NCBI GenBank assembly: GCA_052390515.1
Contig: JBQTGV010000179.1
Span: forward strand, 1-63,662
Source: Candidatus Eiseniibacteriota bacterium
Lineage (GTDB): Bacteria; ARS69
DNA length: 63,662 bases
Reading direction: 5' to 3'
How positions within the stretch are numbered: the stretch's first letter is position 1; the number at the start of each line of letters is the position of its first letter. Positions 10,449-18,990 of this stretch are shown in pieces. Under the pieces are notes generated by a model, which did not search any database, was not told where the DNA came from, and saw only the letters and a program-made list of their open reading frames with translations. The position numbers were made by a program, and so were the translations under genes.

Positions 10449-10858
10449 GAACGCTCCAGGAAGAACGCGTGCGGGAGGAGCTCGCCGAGGGACTTCTCCA
10501 CCGTGCCTCCCGGCCCATCGACGATCACCGGGAGACTCTCCGCGGAGAACTCCCGCAGCACGTGGCGGCAGGCCCCGCAGGGCCAGGGAACGGACGGTCC
10601 GGGCGAGTGCACCGCGACCGCCACCAGCTTCGCACTCTCGGGATCCACCAGACCCCGGGCGCGCGCGGCGAACACCGCGGCCCGCTCGGCGCAGATGGAC
10701 AGCCCGTACGAGGAGCTCTCCACGTTGCAAGCGGACACGATCTGACCGGACTCGGTCAGCAGGGCCGCCCCCACGCGGTACTCCGAATAGGGAGCGTAGG
10801 CCGCCGACGCCGCCTGCCGCGCCGCCTGCACCAGCTCGCGGAGCTTCCCCTGGTCCAT
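10445..10858 (-). CDS. cdd: Cytidine deaminase (homotetrameric type)
   Basis: AYAPYS..VGAA, NVE, ICAER, PCGACR. Confidence 0.96.
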   Translation of the reverse strand: MDQGKLRELVQAARQAASAAYAPYSEYRVGAALLTESGQIVSACNVESSSYGLSICAERAAVFAARARGLVDPESAKLVAVAVHSPGPSVPWPCGACRHVLREFSAESLPVIVDGPGGTVEKSLGELLPHAFFLERS

Positions 10859-10882
10859 GGCGGGCAGTTTCGCCGTTTCCGA

Positions 10883-12052
10883 TCAGGCGGGCAAGTCCGC
10901 CAGGAAGGAGTCTCCCCGCGCGAGGCCGGTCAGGCCGAACGCCTCCGCGATTGTCGCCCCCAGGTCGGCGAAGGTCTCCCGGGTGCCGAGCGGCCCGCCC
11001 CGACCACCGGTCCAGACCAGCAAGGGCACTTCCTCCCGGGAGTGGTCCGTGCTCGACGTGGTGGGGTCGTTGCCGTGGTCGGCGGTGAAGACGAGCAGCG
11101 TGTCGTCGCCCGCCGCGTCGAGCAGCTCGGGCACGCGTGCATCGAGATCCACCAGGCAGCGTGCCATCCCGGCCGGATCGTTGCGGTGTCCGTAGTCCAT
11201 GTCGAACTCGATCAGGTTCGTGAACACGAGTCCGGAGGCCATCTCGCGCAGGGCGCGCGCCGTCGCGTCCACGCACGCCGCGTGCGGGAGCACGTGCTCG
11301 GAGCGGGTGACGCCGCGGCGGGCGAAGATGTCGTCGATCTTGCCGACGGCGACGACGTCGCGTCCCGAAGCCGCGACGAGGTCGAGCAGCGTCGTGCCCG
11401 CGGGCGGGAGCGAGAAGTCCCGCCTGTTTCGCGTGCGCGCGTATCGTCCCGGAGCGCCGAGGAACGGCCGCGCGATGACCCGGCCCACTGCGTGCTCACC
11501 GGACAGCATGGCGCGGGAGCGCTCGCAGAGCGAGTACAGTGCGGTCAGTCCGTACGTCTCCTCGTGCGCGGCGATCTGGAAGACGGAATCCGCGGAGGTG
11601 TACACGATGGGGCGCCCGGTCCGCTGATGCTCTTCCCCGAGCCGGGCGATGATCTCCGTGCCCGACGCCACCTCGTTGCCCAGTGCCGGCAGGCCGGCGA
11701 TCTTCTCGAACCGCGCCATGACCTCGGCCGGAAAGCCGCGCGGGTAGGTCGGGAGCGGTTGCGTCAGTACGACACCGGCCATCTCCCAGTGCCCGGTGGT
11801 GGTGTCCTTGCCCGCGGCCGCCTCGCGCATTCGCCCCCAGGAGGCGGACGGCCGCGGCGCCGGCGCAACGCCGGCCACGCTCGCCAGGTTGCCGAGGCCC
11901 AGGCGGGCGAAGTTCGGGAGGTCGAGTCCGCCGACCGCGCGCGCCGTGTTCCCCAGAGTGTCCGAGCCCTGGTCCCCGAACGCGGCCGCATCGGGGGCGC
12001 CGCCCACGCCGACGCCGTCGAGCACGAGGATCGCGGCGCGGCGGAACCTCAC
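10883..12052 (-). CDS. deoB: Phosphopentomutase
   Basis: LVLDGVGVG, GKDTTTGHWE, YTSADSVFQIAAHE, FDMDYGHRND, TADHGNDP, TDHSRE. Confidence 0.97.
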   Translation of the reverse strand: MRFRRAAILVLDGVGVGGAPDAAAFGDQGSDTLGNTARAVGGLDLPNFARLGLGNLASVAGVAPAPRPSASWGRMREAAAGKDTTTGHWEMAGVVLTQPLPTYPRGFPAEVMARFEKIAGLPALGNEVASGTEIIARLGEEHQRTGRPIVYTSADSVFQIAAHEETYGLTALYSLCERSRAMLSGEHAVGRVIARPFLGAPGRYARTRNRRDFSLPPAGTTLLDLVAASGRDVVAVGKIDDIFARRGVTRSEHVLPHAACVDATARALREMASGLVFTNLIEFDMDYGHRNDPAGMARCLVDLDARVPELLDAAGDDTLLVFTADHGNDPTTSSTDHSREEVPLLVWTGGRGGPLGTRETFADLGATIAEAFGLTGLARGDSFLADLPA

Positions 12053-13242
12053 GTCTCCCTGCCCGGCTCCGGCGCGGTCACCTCCGACCCGAGCAGCGTG
12101 CGGACGCCCACGCGGCGCCCGACGCGCGTGTACACGCGCGGCACGCGGCGGCCGATCCCGCAGAGCAGCTCCCAGGGAATCGTCGAGGCGAGCGCGGCCA
12201 GATCCGACGCTCGGATGATCTCGTCGCCCTGGCGCCCGAAGAGGACGACCTCGTCGCCGAGCCGCGCCTCTTCCACCCCGCGAAGATCGAACACGGTCGT
12301 ATCCATCGTGACGCGCCCGAGGATGGGGACGCGGCGCCCACGAAGCAGGGCGTACCCGCGGCCGGAAAGTGCGAAGGGATAGCCGTGTCCGTAGCCCACC
12401 GCCGCGGTTCCGACGCGCATCCTCTCCGGCGTCACGAAGTCCGCCCCGTAGCTGACCGAGTGCCCGGGAGGCAGCTCCCGCACGTGCACCAGGCGAGCCA
12501 CGAAGCGCATCACCGGCACGATTCCGTCGGGCTCCGGCACCGCCTTCGAGGGCACCAGCCCGTAGGCGAGGATGCCGGGGCGCACCATGTCGAGGCGCGA
12601 CCCGGGGTGGTTCACGAGGGCGGCGCTGTTAGCGGCGTGCAGGATCCCCGGATCGACTCCGGCGGCACGTAGGGTCTCGGCGACCTGCCGGAAGTCCTCC
12701 ACCTGTCGCTCGACCATGGCGCGGCCCTCGGGAGCGTCGGCGCGTGGGAAGTGCGTGAAGATGCTGCCGAGTTCGATGCCCGGGAGCGCCACGACCGCGC
12801 GCAGGAACTCGACCGCCTTGCCCGGCGCCACGCCGGACCTGCCCATCCCGGTATCGATCTCGACGTGCACCGCCGTGTTCCGTCCCGCCGCGACGGAGGC
12901 CGCACTCACCGCGCTCGCCGCCTCGGTGTTGCCGATCGTGGGCGAGAGCCGGTGGGCGACGATCTTCTCTGCCTCCGTGGGCAGCGTCGGAGACAGCAGG
13001 ATCACCGGCAGGACGACGCCGCCGGCCCGAAGCTCGGCGCCCTCGTCCACGGTCGCGACACCGAGCGAATGAACCCGCTCTTCCTCGGCCACGGCGGCAA
13101 TGCGGCTCGCACCGTGTCCGTACGCGTCTGCCTTCACGACCAGATGGATGCGTACGTCCGGGCCGACCAGCCGGCGGATTCGCCGGAGGTTCCCCGCGAG
13201 AGCATCCAGATCCACCTCCACCCACGCGCTCATCTCGTTCAC
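12049..13242 (-). CDS. alr: Alanine racemase
   Basis: WVEVDLDAL, VVKADAYGHG (PLP lysine), DTGMGRSG, VSYG, GRVTMD. GTG start chosen after a strong SD; alternative ATG at 13278. Confidence 0.93.
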   Translation of the reverse strand: MNEMSAWVEVDLDALAGNLRRIRRLVGPDVRIHLVVKADAYGHGASRIAAVAEEERVHSLGVATVDEGAELRAGGVVLPVILLSPTLPTEAEKIVAHRLSPTIGNTEAASAVSAASVAAGRNTAVHVEIDTGMGRSGVAPGKAVEFLRAVVALPGIELGSIFTHFPRADAPEGRAMVERQVEDFRQVAETLRAAGVDPGILHAANSAALVNHPGSRLDMVRPGILAYGLVPSKAVPEPDGIVPVMRFVARLVHVRELPPGHSVSYGADFVTPERMRVGTAAVGYGHGYPFALSGRGYALLRGRRVPILGRVTMDTTVFDLRGVEEARLGDEVVLFGRQGDEIIRASDLAALASTIPWELLCGIGRRVPRVYTRVGRRVGVRTLLGSEVTAPEPGRET

Positions 13243-13320
13243 GGCGCTCCCCTCCCCCGCACCGGTGTCCCGAAGCATGATACCCTCCTCCGATCCGCCC
13301 CGCGAGCCTCGGAGGCTTCC

Positions 13321-14088
13321 TTGCCCGTCGACGCCTTTCGCCAGCTGCTCGAGCTGCAGCGTACGCTGCGCGGCCCCGGCGGATGTCCGTGGGACGCCGA
13401 TCAAACCCTCGAGACGTTGCAGCCGAACCTGCTGGAGGAGACGCACGAGGTACTGGAAGCCCACTCCAAGGGAGACCCCGCCGCCCTCCGCGAGGAGCTC
13501 GGCGACCTCCTCTACGTGCTCGTCTTCGTCGCCGTGGTGGCGGAGGAGCAGGGTCTCTTCACGCTCCGTGACGTCATCCAGGGGGCCCACGACAAGATCA
13601 AGAGCCGCCACCCTCACGTCTTCGGCGACGAGGAGGCGAAGAGCGCGGAGGACGCGAAGCGCGTCTGGGAGCGGGCCAAGAAGCGCGAGGGACGGACGGA
13701 CCGCGAGTCGGTCCTCGATGGGATCCCGGCGGCGCTCCCCGCGCTGCTCCGCGCCCGGCGGGTGCAGGAGCGCGCCGCCGCGCTCGGCTTCGACTGGAAG
13801 CACCCCGATGACGTGCTCGCCAAGGTCGAGGAGGAGGTCGCGGAGGTGCGAGCGATCTGGCCATCCGGCGATCGGGATCACGCGGTCGAGGAGCTCGGCG
13901 ATGTCCTCTTCGCGGTGGTGAACCTGCTGCGCTTCCTCAACCGGAATCCCGAGGAAGTGCTGGGAACCGCGATCCGCAAGTTCGAGCGACGCTTCCGCGA
14001 GGTCGAGAAGGCTCTCGACGCCGAGGGCCGCCCGATGACGCTCGAGGAGATGGACGCGGTGTGGGAGCGGGCGAAGCGGCAGGGCTAG
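13321..14088 (+). CDS. mazG: Nucleoside triphosphate pyrophosphohydrolase MazG
   Basis: TTG start after GGAGG; LRGPGGCPWD, two EELGD motifs, RHPHVFG, GFDW. Confidence 0.94.
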   Translation: MPVDAFRQLLELQRTLRGPGGCPWDADQTLETLQPNLLEETHEVLEAHSKGDPAALREELGDLLYVLVFVAVVAEEQGLFTLRDVIQGAHDKIKSRHPHVFGDEEAKSAEDAKRVWERAKKREGRTDRESVLDGIPAALPALLRARRVQERAAALGFDWKHPDDVLAKVEEEVAEVRAIWPSGDRDHAVEELGDVLFAVVNLLRFLNRNPEEVLGTAIRKFERRFREVEKALDAEGRPMTLEEMDAVWERAKRQG

Positions 14089-14094
14089 CGCATC

Positions 14095-16332
14095 CTACGG
14101 CCAGGCGAACGTCTTGCGCGAGATGGGCTCCGCCTCGGTCGCATGCTCCCGCACTCGATACACGCGTTCCATCGGGAGATCCTCGAACACCTGCACCGTA
14201 TCGGTCTTGGGCCACCACACCTCCACGCGGGCGATCCGCTCGGCCCTCCCCAGTCCGATCTCCTGCTGCACGCTGGAGGAGCCGAAACTGCCCGCCGCGC
14301 CGACCCAGCGGTAGATGTCGCGGGACCTGCCCTGCTCTTCCACGGTGACGCGGATGCGCGTGCCGAACCCGAACCGGTTCGAGTCCACGCCCTCCAGCAC
14401 AAGGGTGATCCAGCGGTTTCCGTGGCCGGGGTTCTCGAAGAGACTGTTGAAGAACGAGTCGTAGACGTAGAAGCCCCCCGACTCGAGCAGGATGTCCTCG
14501 TCCCCATCGTTGTCCACGTCCCCGAAGGAGATCCCGTGTCCCTTCTGGAGCTGACCCAGTCCGGACGAGAACGTCTCGTCGACGAAGCGCCCCTTGCCGT
14601 CGCTTCGGTAGAGCACGTTCGGCACCAGCGAGTCGAATCGCGGACTCCCGGTCCCGAGGTAGAAGTCCAACCATCCGTCCCCGTCGACGTCCCCGAAGTT
14701 GGCACCCATCGTCGCGGCCGAACGGGTCAGTCCGGCCTCCGCCGAAACGTCGCGGAACGAGCCGCCCTCGTTCCGGTAGAGCGCGTCCAGCACGGGCGCA
14801 CCTTCGACCCTCAGGTAGCTGCGGAACGTCTGGCTGGGCGTGGCGCGGTAGCTCGCGCAGAAGAGGTCGAGCCGCCCGTCGTTGTCGTAGTCCCAGAACC
14901 ACGTCGGAAAGCTGTAGAGCGGCTCGGTCACTCCGAGCTCGGGCGCGACGTCGACGAATCGCCCGCCGTCGTTCCGGTACAACCGGTTCTCGCCCCATTG
15001 ATTGGAGACGTACAGATCCGGGTCGCGGTCCCCGTCGTAGTCGCCCCAGGCGCAGCCCTTCGCGAAGCGGAGGTTGGTGACTCCGGCCTCCGCGGCCACG
15101 TCGACGAACTTCCCGCCGCCTTCGTTGCGGTAGAGCTGAGAGGCGTACGGGAGGTCTCCTCCCACCGGGAGCTCGAACCCCACGGCCTCGTACTTCCACT
15201 CCGAACGGATGACCGCTTCGTTCCCGATGAAGACGTCGAGGTCCCCGTCCAGGTCGTAGTCGGCGAACGCCGCCGTCTGGCTGGGATAGCGCCCGCCGTC
15301 CAGGCCCGCCTCGACGGTCACGTCCACGAAGCGATCGCCCAGGTTGCGAAGCAGCGACCGCGGCTGGCAGCCGTGCTCCAGGAGCCATCCGCCGCGAAGC
15401 ACGAGCACGTCCAGACGGCCGTCCCCGTCGTAGTCCGCGTGAACGAGGTTCAGTCCGCCGACCTGCCCGGAGAGCCCGACGGCCTCGGTGCGGTCCTCGA
15501 ACGTTCCGTCGCCGCGGTTCCGGTAGTAGTGCATGGGGCCCGTCGGGAGCGACGTCGACGTGACGACGTCGAGGAATCCGTCCCCGTCGAAGTCGTCCAT
15601 CGCGGAGCCGCCCGCGTGGTTCATCGCGTTCATGCCCGCCTCGGGCGCGCGATCGCGAAGGCGACGGACCGCACCCGGGCTGGTGTAGACCTCGGGGCCG
15701 AGACGGTGTCGCTCCGGGACTCCATCGGGCCAGTCGCCGTTCGCCATGTGGGCGAGGTTGAGCAGGAAGCGCGCAGACCCCTTGAATTGCGACGGAAGCA
15801 GGGCGACGGCCTCGGTCAGCGCGGTGATCGCGCGGCGCGCGCCCTCCGGATCCCGGTGGATGCCGCCCCCCGCCAGCGGGAGAATGCAGCTCTCCCCGTT
15901 GTGGCCGGCGAGACAGTTGCTTTCCTCACCCAGGCGCAGCGCTGCGATCCCGGCAAGGTAGAGCGACATGGGGTCTCCGCCCTCCTCGAAGCTCTGCATG
16001 GCCAGCTGCTCGGCCTCCGCGGTCTTCCCGAACTTGAAATGCTCGAACGCCAGGGCGAAGTCGTGCCCCGCGCGCTGGGGCGGAGGCATCGTGATGGTGT
16101 CCTCGCCCTGCAGTTCCCGATAGGACAGCTCCCCGTAATACGGGTCCCGCGACTCGCGGAGCCCCCGCGCGATCTCCAGGAGCTCCGCGTGCTTCGCGTC
16201 GACGGGCTCCTTGGCCTCGGGCGGCGCGTGATGATGATGCTGGTGGGGATCGGGAGGCGGGGTCTCGTCGCGGGGCGAGCAAGCCGGGACGAGGAGCAAC
16301 GCGCACGCCGCAAGCGGGGTGTGCCGCCTCAT
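14095..16332 (-). CDS. CRTAC1/ASPIC-UnbV family FG-GAP repeat lipoprotein
   Basis: Lipobox LVPAC; repeated D[YF]DxDGxxD FG-GAP motifs; C-terminal ASPIC-like IGLG...VEVWWP. Confidence 0.88.
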   Translation of the reverse strand: MRRHTPLAACALLLVPACSPRDETPPPDPHQHHHHAPPEAKEPVDAKHAELLEIARGLRESRDPYYGELSYRELQGEDTITMPPPQRAGHDFALAFEHFKFGKTAEAEQLAMQSFEEGGDPMSLYLAGIAALRLGEESNCLAGHNGESCILPLAGGGIHRDPEGARRAITALTEAVALLPSQFKGSARFLLNLAHMANGDWPDGVPERHRLGPEVYTSPGAVRRLRDRAPEAGMNAMNHAGGSAMDDFDGDGFLDVVTSTSLPTGPMHYYRNRGDGTFEDRTEAVGLSGQVGGLNLVHADYDGDGRLDVLVLRGGWLLEHGCQPRSLLRNLGDRFVDVTVEAGLDGGRYPSQTAAFADYDLDGDLDVFIGNEAVIRSEWKYEAVGFELPVGGDLPYASQLYRNEGGGKFVDVAAEAGVTNLRFAKGCAWGDYDGDRDPDLYVSNQWGENRLYRNDGGRFVDVAPELGVTEPLYSFPTWFWDYDNDGRLDLFCASYRATPSQTFRSYLRVEGAPVLDALYRNEGGSFRDVSAEAGLTRSAATMGANFGDVDGDGWLDFYLGTGSPRFDSLVPNVLYRSDGKGRFVDETFSSGLGQLQKGHGISFGDVDNDGDEDILLESGGFYVYDSFFNSLFENPGHGNRWITLVLEGVDSNRFGFGTRIRVTVEEQGRSRDIYRWVGAAGSFGSSSVQQEIGLGRAERIARVEVWWPKTDTVQVFEDLPMERVYRVREHATEAEPISRKTFAWP

Positions 16333-16417
16333 CGGTCGACCTCGCTTCGCAGCAGGAACGGCGTCACGCGGGGACTATAGGACACGCGAGTGGGTCCGGT
16401 CGACGAGCGCGAGGGGG

Positions 16418-17323
16418 TCACGAGGTGCCATGCGGCGCCCACCCCAGGCAGAAACCGAACTGCCACTCCGGGAAGAGTTCCCGCGGAACCCGGAAGTCGG
16501 TCGTCCCCGTGTGGTCAGCGGCCAGGGACACCTTCGCGGCCAGGAGCAGCGACGCCTCGCCGCCCACGTTCAGCCGGAAGCCTGGCGTGAGGAAGATCGG
16601 CCCCTCGCTCCAGCGGATGCGTTCGTCGACCAGCGTGTCGAGGACCACCTCGGCGAACATCGTGATGCGGCTCGAGCCGGTCTCGAACGCGGCGCGAAGA
16701 TCCCAGCGGTCGCCTTCGCCCGCCGGATGGACCGGGTCGAGGTACCAGAGCGGCGCTCCCTCGTACCCGTGACCCACTCCACCGCGACGCCAGGTCCGGC
16801 CGGCGTTCAGGTGGAGCACGGACCTCGCGGCTCCCGACTCGCCGAGCGGTACGGTGACGAGCAGGGCGAAGCTCGGATCGAGCGCCTCCTGGGAGAGACC
16901 CCTGGCCCCGTCACCCCAGGGCAGCGTCACAGCGGCCAGCGCGCCCGATCGAATCCCGAGAGGCAACGCGGACATCTCGAGCTGGACTCCGGCCACACCG
17001 TCGCGGGAGGCGGCGAACGAGGATGAGTCGTTCGAGGCGCGTGTCGCGCCGAATCGGCCGAACGCAGCCACGCGTCCCCGCCACCGGACCGAGAGCTGCA
17101 CCGCCGCGTCGAGCACGTCCCGGTCCGCGGTGGCGCCCGGCTCGCGGCTCGTCTCGACCGTGTAGCGGAGTCCGGAGACGCAGAGTGCCGCCCACCCGCT
17201 GTCGGGAACGGCGGCGGAACGCACGTCGAAGAGACCCTCGCCTCCGGCCTGGGCGAGCTGCGCCGGCGCAGACCTGGGAAGCATCGCCGCGACGACGAGA
17301 ACTCCCGCGGCGAGCGGACGCAC
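16418..17323 (-). CDS. Hypothetical exported protein, probable outer-membrane beta-barrel
   Basis: Signal peptide; alternating beta-strand pattern; aromatic-rich C-terminal strand WQFGFCLGW; follows the DUF1844-like gene by 5 nt. Confidence 0.6.
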   Translation of the reverse strand: MRPLAAGVLVVAAMLPRSAPAQLAQAGGEGLFDVRSAAVPDSGWAALCVSGLRYTVETSREPGATADRDVLDAAVQLSVRWRGRVAAFGRFGATRASNDSSSFAASRDGVAGVQLEMSALPLGIRSGALAAVTLPWGDGARGLSQEALDPSFALLVTVPLGESGAARSVLHLNAGRTWRRGGVGHGYEGAPLWYLDPVHPAGEGDRWDLRAAFETGSSRITMFAEVVLDTLVDERIRWSEGPIFLTPGFRLNVGGEASLLLAAKVSLAADHTGTTDFRVPRELFPEWQFGFCLGWAPHGTS

Positions 17324-17328
17324 CGGGA

Positions 17329-17625
17329 TCAGCCCGCCTCACCCGGGGGGACGTCGCTCGGCGCGGCGGACGGCTGCGGCGGCGCGGGCGGAGGGCCCTT
17401 CAGCACGGCGAGCCGCAGCTGGTGCAGCACCTCGTCCAGGACGCGCTGTTCGTCCGGTCCGGTGTTGCCCTCGGTCTTCACGCGGAGCGTCTCCACGCAG
17501 TCCACGAGGCCGCGCGCCGCGTCCATCTCGCCCTGACGGAGAGCCTGCACGGCCATCTCACCGAGCAGGTGCGCCACCGCGAGCAGGCGACCGGCGTGCT
17601 CTTCCGCGTCCCTCGCTTCGCTCAT
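17329..17625 (-). CDS. DUF1844-like small protein
   Basis: [19 protein letters not shown]...[14 protein letters not shown] resembles DUF1844; ATG overlaps the serS stop. Confidence 0.7.
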   Translation of the reverse strand: MSEARDAEEHAGRLLAVAHLLGEMAVQALRQGEMDAARGLVDCVETLRVKTEGNTGPDEQRVLDEVLHQLRLAVLKGPPPAPPQPSAAPSDVPPGEAG

Positions 17626-18911
17626 GAGCCCACCCGCGACGCCGCCGGCTGAATGACGTCCACTCCGACATAGGGGCGAAGCGCGTGCGGGACGTCGACG
17701 GTGCCGTCGGCGCGCTGGTTCTGCTCCAGGATGGCGACGAACGTGCGCGGCGTGGCCAGCCCCGAGCCGTTGAGTGTGTGCACGAGGGAGGGCTTTCCGC
17801 CTTCGCCGCGGTAGCGGATCTTCATCCGCCGGGCCTGGAAGTCCCGGAAGTTGGAGCACGAGCTGACCTCCAGCCACTTGCCCTGACCTGGCGCCCAGAC
17901 CTCCAGGTCGTAGGTCTTCGCCTGGGTGAAACCCATCTCGCCCGAACAGAGCAGGCTCACGCGGTAGCGCAGCTCCAGCTTCTGCAGCACACGCTCGGCG
18001 TCCGCCACCAGCGTCTCGAGCTCGTCGTCCGACGTGGAGGGCTCCACGAACTTGACGAGCTCGACTTTGTTGAACTGGTGCACGCGGTTCAGGCCGCGGA
18101 CGTCGCGGCCGTGGGAACCGGCCTCGCGGCGGAAGTTCGGTGTGTACGCTGCGTAGCGGAGCGGAAGCGCATCGGTGGGGAGAATCTCGTCACGGTGCAG
18201 GTTGGTCACGGGCACTTCCGCGGTGGGGACGAGGTAGAGCTCGTCCCGCGGTACGACGTACATCTGCGCTTCCTTGTCGGGAAGCTGGCCGGTACCGGTG
18301 GCGCTGGCCTCGTTGACGAGGATGGGCGGGAAGATCTCGCGGTAGGCGCCCCCTTCCGTGTGCAGGTCGAGGAAGAACGACACGAGCGAGCGCTCCAGGC
18401 GCGCTCCGAGACCCGTGTATACCGGAAACCCCGAGCCGGTGACCTTCACGCCGCGCTCGAAGTCCAGGATGCCGAGGGATTCCCCCAGCTCCCAGTGCGG
18501 CTTCGCGGCGAAGTCGAATCGGTGCTCCGGGCCGCCCTCGCGGACGACCCGATTGTCGTCGGCGGTCCGGCCGCGCGGGACGGAATCATCCGGCGTGTTC
18601 GGAACCGCGAGCAGGGCCTGCTCGAGGCGATCCTCGACCGCCTTGCGTTCCGCTTCGAGCTCCGGGATGCGGTCCCCGATCCGCTTCACCTCGGCCTGCT
18701 CGTCGCGCGGATCTTCGCCCCGCTGTCGCCGCAGTCCGATCTCCTTGGAGCGTGCGTTGCGCTGGCGCTGCAGCTCCTCGAGCTGGCCGAGGATGGAGCG
18801 CCGCGACTCGTCCAGCGCGAGGATCGACTCGAGGTCGACGTCGAGCCCCTTCGCTCGGGCGCCCTCGCGGACCCGTTCCGGATTCTCCCGTATCGCGCGC
18901 ACGTCCAGCAT
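17622..18911 (-). CDS. serS: Seryl-tRNA synthetase
   Basis: [49 protein letters not shown]. Confidence 0.98.
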   Translation of the reverse strand: MLDVRAIRENPERVREGARAKGLDVDLESILALDESRRSILGQLEELQRQRNARSKEIGLRRQRGEDPRDEQAEVKRIGDRIPELEAERKAVEDRLEQALLAVPNTPDDSVPRGRTADDNRVVREGGPEHRFDFAAKPHWELGESLGILDFERGVKVTGSGFPVYTGLGARLERSLVSFFLDLHTEGGAYREIFPPILVNEASATGTGQLPDKEAQMYVVPRDELYLVPTAEVPVTNLHRDEILPTDALPLRYAAYTPNFRREAGSHGRDVRGLNRVHQFNKVELVKFVEPSTSDDELETLVADAERVLQKLELRYRVSLLCSGEMGFTQAKTYDLEVWAPGQGKWLEVSSCSNFRDFQARRMKIRYRGEGGKPSLVHTLNGSGLATPRTFVAILEQNQRADGTVDVPHALRPYVGVDVIQPAASRVGS

Positions 18912-18990
18912 GGGCGCGGAGGATAACGCCCCGGACGGGAATTCACAACCGCGCGCCGCCTCACGGATTCGGGACGCGCCGCGCCTCCTG

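Noticed and set aside
10790-10858. Cdd N-terminus MDQGKLRELVQAARQA as a third encapsulation peptide
   Set aside because: It corresponds to the normal first helix of tetrameric cytidine deaminases, with no linker or extension.
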